56,814 nt of DNA from assembly GCA_035686785.1 (NCBI GenBank), contig DASRZC010000168.1, positions 1 through 56,814 on the forward strand, written 5' to 3'. Within the stretch, counting starts at the first letter, position 1. Each line of letters begins with the position of its first letter. The stretch comes from Candidatus Kapaibacterium sp. Its GTDB lineage: Bacteria > Bacteroidota > Ignavibacteria > Palsa-1295. A model generated the notes under the pieces. That model ran no database searches, was not told where the DNA came from, and saw nothing but the letters and a program-made list of their open reading frames with translations. The position numbers and the translations under genes were made by a program. This document shows positions 25,707 to 34,152 of this stretch, one piece after another.

Positions 25707-28511
25707 CTAATGTGCAATTATAAAAACGGCGGTTTTTACGATATTTCTTTTAGAAGCTCGAAGATAATAGGTCCCGCTCGGAAGATCCGAGACATCGAGC
25801 GATTCCGTTTGCGACTTCGATTCCGAACTCCATATTTCGCGGCCTAATTCGTCGAAGATAGCGAGGCGTGATCCGTTCGCGAAATTCGGCGGGAGTTCGA
25901 TGTTCAACTTATCGCCCAAATGGATGATGCGAAGTTCGTTCGAAGCGGAGGCCGATTCCTCAACGGAGAGCGGCGAAAAGCCATTGCCCAAAAGGAGCGT
26001 GGTATCCTTTCGTTGATGGGTGAAGGGTTCCGGCACATTGGTAGTCCATTGGATCACGAGAGTATCTTCACCGATGGCATGCGGAATGAAGCAAATGCGT
26101 TGAATAATAATTTGATTAGGCTGGATCGTGAGAGGAAATACGTTTGTATCCTTTGTAAAATCCGAAAAATCACCGGAGAGAATATAGCCCGTTATCGTAA
26201 GCGGGGCCGATCCTATGTTCTGAATTCTTACATCTCTACACACCGTATCCCCCACAGGAAGAGTACCGAAATTCCAATCCCCGGCTATTATTATTCCCAC
26301 TTGCGCGGAACCGATAATCGCTACTGTATCCGTTATACAATCGGTTTCGACCATAAGCGAATCGGAATGCGCATTCGTATCCGTAGGATTGAAGCATACA
26401 TTGAACGCGAGGGAATCGCCTGAAGCAAGTTCAAACGGCAACACATGGCTTACACCGGTTACTCGGAAGCTCGTATCGCCTTTTATAAAATGATACCCGG
26501 TTACATTGATGGGTTTGCCGCCGGCAGCAGCAAGATTTTTTAGCTCGAATTGAGTGCAGGTGTCCACGTCCAACTTCGAGTGCATAAAATTCGCCAAATT
26601 GCTCGCTGGTTGCTGAGTCGATAAGAAGGAAAGATTCTGCGCCGCATAGAATAACCGAAGCAACTGGCTATTCCCGGCTCTATTCGTTACCAGCACCCAT
26701 GCGGTTGCATTTTGCGAGGGATTAGAGACCTCGATCGAGAAGTTCGCGGCAGTATCTCCGGGATTCACCGTTAAAGGATAGGGAATAGAAAGAGAGTTCG
26801 TACTGACGTAGCCAGAATCCACTCCCGGCTGTCGCAGCAAAATTCCTTCAGGGTCACGCAAAAGCTCGATAGAGGCAATGCCGCCATCGATAGCGGCAGT
26901 ATCGCGTGCCGTGACATTCCAGTAATCACATAGCGTATCTGCTGAAACGGTTGGCGTGCCCGCACCATCGATATGAAACGTCTCGCCGGTGGGCGCGGCG
27001 TATTCGTAGTAATAATTATTATTCGTCAGCATTCCATATTGATAGACCATAAAGGCGCTATCGCCCGTGATGTAATAGTTGCCGATAGGAATTTTGAAGG
27101 TCTTGCCTTCTAACTCCGGATGGCCGGGAATTACATAGCTCTTAATGGCTGGCAGCCAAGCTGACAAACTGGACACCGTAGTACTATTTTCCCAGACCTC
27201 GATGTGCTTCTCTTGATCTTTTCGCAGAATTACATTGATAAATTGCATATTATCCGTACTGGAAGTCTCATGCGGCACCATAACGGCGAATGTGGTCGCA
27301 AAATTTTGGAGCGGCACGACGTTCATCATCGTTGGCGCGGAATAAGGCGCGAGACTGCCCTGCCCGCGGTAGTCATATTGCTCGACCACGATCGGCGCCC
27401 CATTCTGCGAAGAAGTATTAGTGGGATTTATGACATCCTCCTCCATTGCTGGCGGAATCTGGAAAGGATTGACGTTGAGTTGATCCGGAAATGTCTGACC
27501 GGTCGAGAAATTCACCGTGGTGCCGCGCGATTCGGAAGTAAAAAATTTAAAGGCTTCTCCCTCGGATGTATTCCCGGCGCCCAGCCCCGGAGGATCGACG
27601 AATGGAATGGAGATGTATCCGCTGTCGCGCCAATATTGCGTCGGGACCATCTCCTGCATCAGCATATTTCTCTGGTCTCCACCGGTTGCGAGCGTGGAAC
27701 TTTCGCCGTTCAGCGCGTCCGAATTGCCCGCAAACACCGCAACGGGCCACGAGGCAGTGACGGTCGAGCCGGACATATCGTTCGCCGGATCGTTCACCGC
27801 CGATTTCACCCAATATACTTCGCCACGCTGGAGCGTGGTCTGAAACGGATGGGGCGTCCCCGTTTCGCCCGTTCCCGAATTGACGCCAACGTGCCCGCGA
27901 CGAGTCAGGCCATTTGGTGTGATCGTCACAGTGGTACTGTTCCTCACCGCGACGATTGCAAATTCGGAACTTCCGGAATCGACCGCGCAAGCAGAGGGAG
28001 TTGCCGCGCCCACACCTGGATTTGCCGGCAAGTTCGTAATGACATAACTTTTGCCGAGCGCCGCCGTCGGGAGTATGAGTGTAAGCGCGCCGGCATTCGG
28101 GCCGTCCGAATAATAGGAGACGCTGATCGGCTGCGAGGAGTGAATGTGGCAGGAAGCATATTCCGGGTCTTCACCATTGGGGCTGACGGGATTGCCATTC
28201 GCATCCAAACCTGGGTTCAAGGAGTTTAGATCGAGCGGGTATTCAATGCTCTGTTTGGCGTGTAGATTAGTAAATGTTTTGCCCCCCAACTCACTGCCAT
28301 CCTCGTAAAAATAGTCAATCGTCACTGCGCAACCCTCAAACACGGAGCTAATGAGCAAAAAAGATTGATGGTAGGCGCATTGGAAGCTCGGCGCAAGCTC
28401 GGTGAAGTAAAAATCCTCGCCCATCGACGAAAGCCCGGCGCCCTGCTGGGCCGAAGCAACCATGGGCAGCGCCAAAGCCGCGAAAACAGCGAAAAACAAT
28501 AGTTTTTTCAT
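25707..28511 (-). CDS. Large secreted protein of unknown function with T9SS C-terminal sorting domain
   Basis: ~934 aa counted from the MKKLLFFAVFAALALPMVASAQ signal peptide; the ORF track extends to 28541. The C-terminal CTD reads LAIFDELGREI...GTYYLRAS...VFIIAH. Confidence 0.8.
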   Translation of the reverse strand: MKKLLFFAVFAALALPMVASAQQGAGLSSMGEDFYFTELAPSFQCAYHQSFLLISSVFEGCAVTIDYFYEDGSELGGKTFTNLHAKQSIEYPLDLNSLNPGLDANGNPVSPNGEDPEYASCHIHSSQPISVSYYSDGPNAGALTLILPTAALGKSYVITNLPANPGVGAATPSACAVDSGSSEFAIVAVRNSTTVTITPNGLTRRGHVGVNSGTGETGTPHPFQTTLQRGEVYWVKSAVNDPANDMSGSTVTASWPVAVFAGNSDALNGESSTLATGGDQRNMLMQEMVPTQYWRDSGYISIPFVDPPGLGAGNTSEGEAFKFFTSESRGTTVNFSTGQTFPDQLNVNPFQIPPAMEEDVINPTNTSSQNGAPIVVEQYDYRGQGSLAPYSAPTMMNVVPLQNFATTFAVMVPHETSSTDNMQFINVILRKDQEKHIEVWENSTTVSSLSAWLPAIKSYVIPGHPELEGKTFKIPIGNYYITGDSAFMVYQYGMLTNNNYYYEYAAPTGETFHIDGAGTPTVSADTLCDYWNVTARDTAAIDGGIASIELLRDPEGILLRQPGVDSGYVSTNSLSIPYPLTVNPGDTAANFSIEVSNPSQNATAWVLVTNRAGNSQLLRLFYAAQNLSFLSTQQPASNLANFMHSKLDVDTCTQFELKNLAAAGGKPINVTGYHFIKGDTSFRVTGVSHVLPFELASGDSLAFNVCFNPTDTNAHSDSLMVETDCITDTVAIIGSAQVGIIIAGDWNFGTLPVGDTVCRDVRIQNIGSAPLTITGYILSGDFSDFTKDTNVFPLTIQPNQIIIQRICFIPHAIGEDTLVIQWTTNVPEPFTHQRKDTTLLLGNGFSPLSVEESASASNELRIIHLGDKLNIELPPNFANGSRLAIFDELGREIWSSESKSQTESLDVSDLPSGTYYLRASKRNIVKTAVFIIAH

Positions 28512-28857
28512 TGCGAAGTTGAAGTGTGCTCTCCGATACAAGAACGCGCGAGGCCGCGCGGGTTACATAATAATTTACTCTTCAAAGAAATGATCCCTAT
28601 TAAGGAAGACTGGCGAAACCCCAAAAGGTAACCGGATTTCATAAACTATCTTGCTTCCTGGGCTTCACTACGAAGCGGAAGCCGAGTTCGTGCCATCGAG
28701 ATCCGGCATCGAGCGCCGCCCCTGCTTCCTATATTCTCCTAAGCCGCTCGCCTGCTACCGTTTAGATCCCGCCGAGCATTTCCTCTGCATCCGCGCCATC
28801 GAAGTCGAGCAGGTGTTCGGGGCGGTGAAGGAATTGCTGTGAGATTGCGAGTAAAAT

Positions 28858-28989
28858 GACACCAAACCCGCCGCGGAGGAGTTCCCGAACCCATGCGGCA
28901 GAGAGCACGCCGGACGCCGCAATTCGCGGGTGTGGGTCGAAATGATATTTCGACCCCGCAAGGTCGAAGTACCACTTCGACCCACACGC
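28858..28989. repeat. Structured direct repeat, copy 1 (half A plus double-hairpin half B)
   Basis: Positions 28881-28989 match 29621-29729 with 2 mismatches in 109 nt. The repeat contains hairpins GGGTCGAAA-TGATA-TTTCGACCC and GGTCGAAGT-ACC-ACTTCGACC. Confidence 0.95.
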
Positions 28990-29003
28990 CTCGCACAGAA
29001 ACT

Positions 29004-29070
29004 GACACCAAACCCGCTGCGGCGGAGTTCCCGAACCATGCGGCAGTGGGCACGCCGGACGCCGCCGCAA
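29004..29070. repeat. Structured direct repeat, partial copy (half A only)
   Basis: GACACCAAACCCGCTGCGGCGGAGTTCCCGAACCATGCGGCAGTGGGCACGCCGGACGCCGCC parallels 28858-28920. Confidence 0.85.
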
Positions 29071-29087
29071 TCAATCATTCTTTCGCC

Positions 29088-29375
29088 ATGCACGTAATCA
29101 CAAGAAGAGAGCTGAATAAATTCGCTCTCCGATTTCCCGACGCGAAGCCTGCCTTGGCGGATTGGTATCGCGTCATGCGGCGAAACGCATTCGAGAATTT
29201 CGCGGAAGTACGAGAACTATTTCCGGCCGCCGATAAGGTCGGTAAGCTGACGGTATTTAACATCGGCGGCAATAAATACCGCCTCATCGCCGCGATCCAT
29301 TACAACCGGAAACGGATTTACATCCGGGCTGTTCTTACGCATGACGAGTATAACAAAGGCAAATGGAAGGAATAG
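29088..29375 (+). CDS. higB: HigB-family type II toxin (RelE-fold mRNA interferase)
   Basis: 95 aa starting MHVITRRELNKFALRFPDAKPALADWY, with GNKYRLIAAIHYNRKRIYIRAVLTHDEYNKGKW near the end. This matches the HigB_toxin family pattern. The ORF-track start at 28893 lies inside repeat DNA. Confidence 0.85.
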   Translation: MHVITRRELNKFALRFPDAKPALADWYRVMRRNAFENFAEVRELFPAADKVGKLTVFNIGGNKYRLIAAIHYNRKRIYIRAVLTHDEYNKGKWKE

Positions 29376-29378
29376 ACC

Positions 29379-29600
29379 ATGTTTGTTTTAGAGGCCATTG
29401 AACGGGATTGGAACCCGATTTCCAAATACCTCCGCGTGCCGCACACGGAAGTGGAGTATGAGCGATTGGTTGCACTCCTGAACGAGCTGATCGACGAAGT
29501 GGGCGAGGACGAAACGCACCCGCTCGCCTCGCTCATGGAGGTCATCGGGACCCTCATCGAAAAATACGAAGACGAGAACGTGCCGGAATTGACGATGTGA
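29379..29600 (+). CDS. higA: HigA-like antitoxin, N-terminal module only (no HTH)
   Basis: 73 aa, starting 3 nt after higB. It resembles the N-terminal half of HigA antitoxins (EYERLVALLNELID...LIEKYEDE). It stops where the XRE-type HTH would begin. Confidence 0.6.
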   Translation: MFVLEAIERDWNPISKYLRVPHTEVEYERLVALLNELIDEVGEDETHPLASLMEVIGTLIEKYEDENVPELTM

Positions 29601-29603
29601 TGC

Positions 29604-29729
29604 GAACCCGCCCCGGCGGAGTTCCCGAATCCATGCGGCAGAGAGCACGCCGGACGCCGCAATTCGCGGGTGGGGGTCGAAATGATATTTCGACCCCGCA
29701 AGGTCGAAGTACCACTTCGACCCACACGC
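29604..29729. repeat. Structured direct repeat, copy 2
   Basis: See copy 1. The offset is exactly 740 nt. It begins 4 nt after the higA stop codon. Confidence 0.95.
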
Positions 29730-30007
29730 GATGCACGCGGCGCCGCTGCCGGCGATCGCGAAGAGTATATTCAGAAGTGGGACGAGGAGCGGGATAGGGT
29801 GCAGGGGTAACGGCCCGTGCCCATGCAGCAGAGGGCATGCCGGACACGGCTTCAGAAGGCGAAACATTACTCTCCAATTTGGGGAATTGCTGCTGAAACA
29901 TTTTCGAAGAGTCGAAAACTTTTGAGATCAACAACACTCGTCGAAAATTTTCGTATATTAGTGTTGTGGATGATGGGCACCATATCCAGAGCAATCGAAT
30001 TAACCTT

Positions 30008-30778
30008 ATGAAAACAGGACCGCAGATTATCGAAATGTTTCCAAAACAACTCAAGAACGACCTCAAACTCTCGAAGTTAACCGTCGGTGAGAACGGTTTG
30101 GCTTCGATTTCACTGCCGAACCGTAAAAAGCGAAAATCTCCCGCGGGCGTTGCAACAAACGATTTAATTTTGAGTGCTCATTTTGGTACGAATGAGGAAA
30201 TTTTCCCCGCGGTGCTCTCCCTCTATGTTCCCCATGGCAGCATGATTGCCGACGTGACGTATGGCAAAGGGGTATTTTGGCGAAGAGTCGATACGGCCCT
30301 TTATAGACTTTTAAAATCGGATCTATCGCAGGGTATCGACTGCCGAAACTTGCCTTACACGTCAAAAAGTCTTGACTGCGTAGTTCTCGATCCGCCTTAC
30401 ATGCACACGCCTGGAGGTACGGCTCATACGAATCACCAAAACTTTGAAACGTACTATAAAAATAACGGATCGGGAAACGGAACCGGCAAAAAGTATCATG
30501 AGGCTGTTCTTGCTCTATACTTTGAAGCCGCTCGTGAGGCACACCGTGTATTAAAACGAGATGGAATTTTTATCGTTAAATGTCAAGATGAGGTTTGTGC
30601 AAATAAGCAACGATTGACACACGTTGAACTAACCATCGAGTATCTTCAAATGGGTTTCCTTGTCGAGGACCTGTTTGTGCTTATCCGCAACGGCAAGCCT
30701 GGAGTGAGCCGGATGCTCAAGCAAGTTCACGCTCGGAAAAACCATTCTTATTTCATGGTGTTCCGAAAATTAAAGTGA
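30008..30778 (+). CDS. DNA methyltransferase (N6-adenine or N4-cytosine class, DPPY motif)
   Basis: Motif I-like [12 protein letters not shown] lies ~40 aa before motif IV VLDPPY. The start is taken at MKTGPQ; the ORF track starts at 29966. The local DNA is AT-rich. Confidence 0.75.
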   Translation: MKTGPQIIEMFPKQLKNDLKLSKLTVGENGLASISLPNRKKRKSPAGVATNDLILSAHFGTNEEIFPAVLSLYVPHGSMIADVTYGKGVFWRRVDTALYRLLKSDLSQGIDCRNLPYTSKSLDCVVLDPPYMHTPGGTAHTNHQNFETYYKNNGSGNGTGKKYHEAVLALYFEAAREAHRVLKRDGIFIVKCQDEVCANKQRLTHVELTIEYLQMGFLVEDLFVLIRNGKPGVSRMLKQVHARKNHSYFMVFRKLK

Positions 30779-31654
30779 CTAACCTCTTGGAGGCTGGAGA
30801 ACGGTGTCCTTTTCGAAAAAGAATTCGGATAGGTGCTTTACTTGAATATAGGGTGGGACGGCGTGAAGATTTTCCGTTCGAGCAGGAATATCTAAATAAT
30901 AAATCCTGTGTAGCTTGGCGATATACTTTTGGTAAACTCCCCATTGATTAGGAACGCACACGTCCGTCACACTCATGTTCGCCTTTTTAAGGTTAGTTTC
31001 AGCTCCTACCACCAAAATCCCTCGATAGCTGTCAACGCCGAAAATCCCATCGATTATTCTTTGATGCGCCCATGCCTCAATCGCCCGTTCACGAGTAGAA
31101 AGCTTCACTTGAAGATGGATGTGAGCCTTACCCTCAGCCGACTGGTAAATATAATCCGTTGCAAGCGACTCTTCGTTCAGCATGGGTAATGCGGTCACGG
31201 GTTGCACACCAAGTTCAATTGCAAAAATATTACCGATAAATTTTTCGAAGAAGGTCGCGGGTGTTTTTTTATTATCGCTTTGAGATACATCAATGGCTGC
31301 ACAAAAAGACATATAAAGTGTGTAAAGAAGCCTTGCAACTTCTTTCTTATTCAAGGAACTGAGATCACCCCGACGATACAAAGCGGTATGAGCGGAGGGA
31401 AGATCTATATCGAAAAGTTCAACATTGATGGGCCGACTTAGACGTGTATCTTTTACGAAAACCTTGTAATGCTTTCCAGGAATGTTCGAATTTAGAATGG
31501 CATTTTGGCAATTTTTCAAAAGGCGCCGCGAAGCAATATCAATCTCCGTAATCGTCTCTTTAACGACGGGAGAAAGTAGGTCATTCTGACGCTTTAGCGT
31601 CTCGTAAAGTGATAGAATCTCTACAGGCACACACAAAAATACGACATTTTTCAT
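30779..31654 (-). CDS. Candidate type II restriction endonuclease (partner of the adjacent methyltransferase)
   Basis: 291 aa, convergent with the methyltransferase, with the stop codons abutting (30778/30779). A possible PD-(D/E)xK-like segment is ATDYIY...HLQVK. No family is recognised by eye. Confidence 0.45.
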   Translation of the reverse strand: MKNVVFLCVPVEILSLYETLKRQNDLLSPVVKETITEIDIASRRLLKNCQNAILNSNIPGKHYKVFVKDTRLSRPINVELFDIDLPSAHTALYRRGDLSSLNKKEVARLLYTLYMSFCAAIDVSQSDNKKTPATFFEKFIGNIFAIELGVQPVTALPMLNEESLATDYIYQSAEGKAHIHLQVKLSTRERAIEAWAHQRIIDGIFGVDSYRGILVVGAETNLKKANMSVTDVCVPNQWGVYQKYIAKLHRIYYLDIPARTENLHAVPPYIQVKHLSEFFFEKDTVLQPPRG

Positions 31655-31905
31655 TGGAAACGTAAAAAGGCAAGCATCATGCGTTGGTGTGTTTAAATAA
31701 GTCTCAGATTTAAATCGGGAACCATTCCAGCCGCAATTCTACGAACTATTAATGCGCCGAACACCCATGCCCCAAAGAAATTCAAATTTCTTTCATGTTC
31801 CTGAAACATTTATGATATTGGCGTGTTATATTTGAGTGTCTATTATAGGCACCTATTTCTTTAGGCAAGAAATGGGCTTTTTCACTCAAATATAAAGGGA
31901 CAACC

Positions 31906-33288
31906 ATGTACTACTCCACACGGAACCGGAGGCGGCTGACGCTCGAAACGCTGATGACGATGCCGAGCGAGCCGGAATCGAAAGCATTCTATACCTATAC
32001 CGATGGCGAGGACCGAGTCGAAGTGCTGAACGATACGTTCACCCTCGTGCTCTCGCGCGATGTTCGGAAAAATTCCCGCATCGCGGCGGAGATCGCGTTC
32101 CAGCTCGCAAAGGAGCGTCCGCAGGACGATGTGCTCTACGTCAATACCTACGCGGGCGTGGCGTTGATGAAGGAAGCGTTTTCGAAGGCGCTGGAGAAAT
32201 CGGGGATGCCGATGGCGGCGGGGACGTCGGGCGAGGACGCCCGACCTACGCGAGAGGAGGATTCGGCGGGAGCGTCGGGCGAGGACGCCCGACCTACGCG
32301 GGAGGGGGATTCGGGGGTGGTTCCCCAGGAGGAAGTGGAGCCGGAGCGGATACGGCTTACGCTTCGCGAGGCGATCGACCAGGTGACTGCCCGAGGATTG
32401 AAGTATTTGATCGATGAAAGAAGATGCGTGTTGTATGGCGAAGGCGTCACCGAAGAAGATAAGGCGTGGGCCGCGCGCATAGAGATCATTTATCAATCGG
32501 ACGCGGAACCCGATGAGGATGAAGAGAAGGAATACGAGGAAGAGGATGACGAGTATGGTCAGGAGCCAAGTATGCTCCCCAATCTTTTTATTCACGATGT
32601 CCCCTTCGGCACCTGGGACACTTCGCGATTGGAACGAGACATCGAGGACCGAGGGCGGGCGGACTGCCACACGGTCGTGGTGCTGAATTCCTTCGAGTTC
32701 GCTTCGATGGGCCGCGAGGAGAAAAGCCGCATGGCGAAAGAGCTGCTCAAACTCCGTTCAAAATTGGGTCTCTCTTTCCTCATCTTTTCACATGACTTAA
32801 AGCGCGACCTCGCGGCCGGACTTCCCTGCCGCGGCGCGCTCGGGATCATTGCGGCGAACGCGGGGTCGGTCCAGAGGCTGAACGATCCGTTCGAAAATCT
32901 GATCCGTCACCGCAAAGAAGAGCTGGCGAGAGAAAAGAAATTAGCTAAACGCGCTGAAAACGCCGTTATTCATGAAGCACAGATGCGTGACGGGAATTTT
33001 GTCAAGCGCGGATTCTATCTGAGAGTGCCGGAATTCAAGAGCGAATTCGAGCGGGACCGATGGCTAAAACAGCAAAAAGAGCTGCCCGATTATCACGTCG
33101 ATCCCTGGCTCGGAAAAACGCAGAAAACAGGCCGGGAGCTGCTAATGCTGGCGCGATCGAGCGTGCTTCAGCGCTATTTCGAGAAGCATGCCGATTATCT
33201 TTTTACCAAAGGCTATGAACCGACCGAATATGAGTTACTCCATGGAACGTATGAAGCGAAAGAAGTCCAAAAAAAGTGGTTTCTATGA
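31906..33288 (+). CDS. Hypothetical protein, possible degenerate RecA/KaiC-like P-loop fold with an acidic tandem-repeat insert
   Basis: 460 aa. VVVLNSFEFAS...AKELLKLRSKLGLSFLIFSH resembles the Walker B strand plus the following helix-strand of RecA/DnaB/KaiC-type ATPases, but with N in place of D. The Walker A position reads SRDVRKNS. A 48-bp tandem repeat encodes SGEDARPTRE(E/G)DS. Confidence 0.55.
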   Translation: MYYSTRNRRRLTLETLMTMPSEPESKAFYTYTDGEDRVEVLNDTFTLVLSRDVRKNSRIAAEIAFQLAKERPQDDVLYVNTYAGVALMKEAFSKALEKSGMPMAAGTSGEDARPTREEDSAGASGEDARPTREGDSGVVPQEEVEPERIRLTLREAIDQVTARGLKYLIDERRCVLYGEGVTEEDKAWAARIEIIYQSDAEPDEDEEKEYEEEDDEYGQEPSMLPNLFIHDVPFGTWDTSRLERDIEDRGRADCHTVVVLNSFEFASMGREEKSRMAKELLKLRSKLGLSFLIFSHDLKRDLAAGLPCRGALGIIAANAGSVQRLNDPFENLIRHRKEELAREKKLAKRAENAVIHEAQMRDGNFVKRGFYLRVPEFKSEFERDRWLKQQKELPDYHVDPWLGKTQKTGRELLMLARSSVLQRYFEKHADYLFTKGYEPTEYELLHGTYEAKEVQKKWFL

Positions 33289-33391
33289 ACTCTTTGGCAA
33301 GCTCCGTTCAGGTAAAAGATAGTTCAGCGCTTTTATGGCATTCGTTTTGAAACTCCTTCTCAAACTAATGATTTTTTCCAAAGGAGAATTT

Positions 33392-34141
33392 ATGACGAAG
33401 AACAAATACCACCTTCCCGCTTTTGGGATGTTTGCAACCCTTACGATTATCGGCTTGTCGGCGCTCGCGAGTTCGTGCGCGACGACCCCTGCGTCCTACT
33501 CCACTCCGGGCTGGGCTGCCGGCGTTAGCGATGGCACGGTGCCCTACTATTATTTCCCCGATTACGATATGTATTACGATGCCGGAGCAGGGCAATACTA
33601 CTATCTCAACAATGGCGCGTGGGTCACGAGCGCGGTCGTGCCTTATGGCGGCGTGGACTTGAACGATGCGTACATGGTGGAACTCGACCGGAACGTCCAG
33701 CGGCCCTGGATGAATAACGACTACTACGCACGGAATTACCCGCCGCATGAGCGCCAGCAATATGAACAGGTGGTGCGGGATCACAACATCATTCCGAACG
33801 TGCCGCAGAACCACACGGTCGTGCCGCGTGCGTATAATGAGAATACGGATCAGATGATTTTCGAGGAGCGCGCACAACAGCAACAGCAGCGGCAACAACA
33901 GCAACAGCAACAGCAGCGGCAACAACAGCAGCAGCAGCAGCAGCAGCAACAAGAACAGCAGCGGCAACAACAGCAGCAGCAACAACAGGCCCGCGGCGCT
34001 CAGCAGAGCGGGCGGCCCGGTGTTCGGCCTCAGCCGCCGCAGCGCGTGGCTGTGCATCAGGTTCCGATGCGAACCATTGCTCCGAATATGCCGGCGCAGG
34101 CGCGTGGATATCGCTGGGGCGGGGCGGCAAAAGGCCGGTAA
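33392..34141 (+). CDS. Lipoprotein with Tyr-rich N-domain and long poly-Q tract
   Basis: AGGAG lies 5 nt before the ATG at 33392. It has a signal peptide and lipobox (LASSC), a YYYFPDYDMYYD region, and a ~38-residue Q/R tract. Confidence 0.7.
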   Translation: MTKNKYHLPAFGMFATLTIIGLSALASSCATTPASYSTPGWAAGVSDGTVPYYYFPDYDMYYDAGAGQYYYLNNGAWVTSAVVPYGGVDLNDAYMVELDRNVQRPWMNNDYYARNYPPHERQQYEQVVRDHNIIPNVPQNHTVVPRAYNENTDQMIFEERAQQQQQRQQQQQQQQRQQQQQQQQQQQEQQRQQQQQQQQARGAQQSGRPGVRPQPPQRVAVHQVPMRTIAPNMPAQARGYRWGGAAKGR

Positions 34142-34152
34142 CGTTTCGAGCG

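Noticed and set aside
28651-28842. 63-aa ORF upstream of the structured repeat (ends ...DPAEHFLCIRAIEVEQVFGAVKELL)
   Set aside because: No start context and no recognisable family. It may be a remnant of a gene disrupted by the repeat or cassette, but that cannot be shown from the sequence alone.
28858-29729. Integron attC sites or a gene-cassette array around higBA
   Set aside because: The cassette-like layout is suggestive. However, I could not find the RYYYAAC / GTTRRRY core pair by eye, and no intI gene is in the window. It is kept only as a hypothesis to test, not as a call.
28858-29729. Diversity-generating retroelement TR/VR pair
   Set aside because: The two mismatches are C/T and T/G rather than adenine-specific. 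No reverse transcriptase is nearby, and neither repeat copy lies inside a credible target gene (the ORF-track ORFs that overlap them look repeat-generated).
31882-32670. 262-aa minus-strand ORF (Arg-rich, repeated RRSGVLARR)
   Set aside because: It is antisense to the longer, more protein-like 460-aa ORF. Its repeats simply mirror the 48-bp tandem repeat.
33365-34057. 230-aa minus-strand ORF with poly-Leu
   Set aside because: It is the antisense shadow of the CAG/CAA poly-Q tract in the plus-strand lipoprotein gene.
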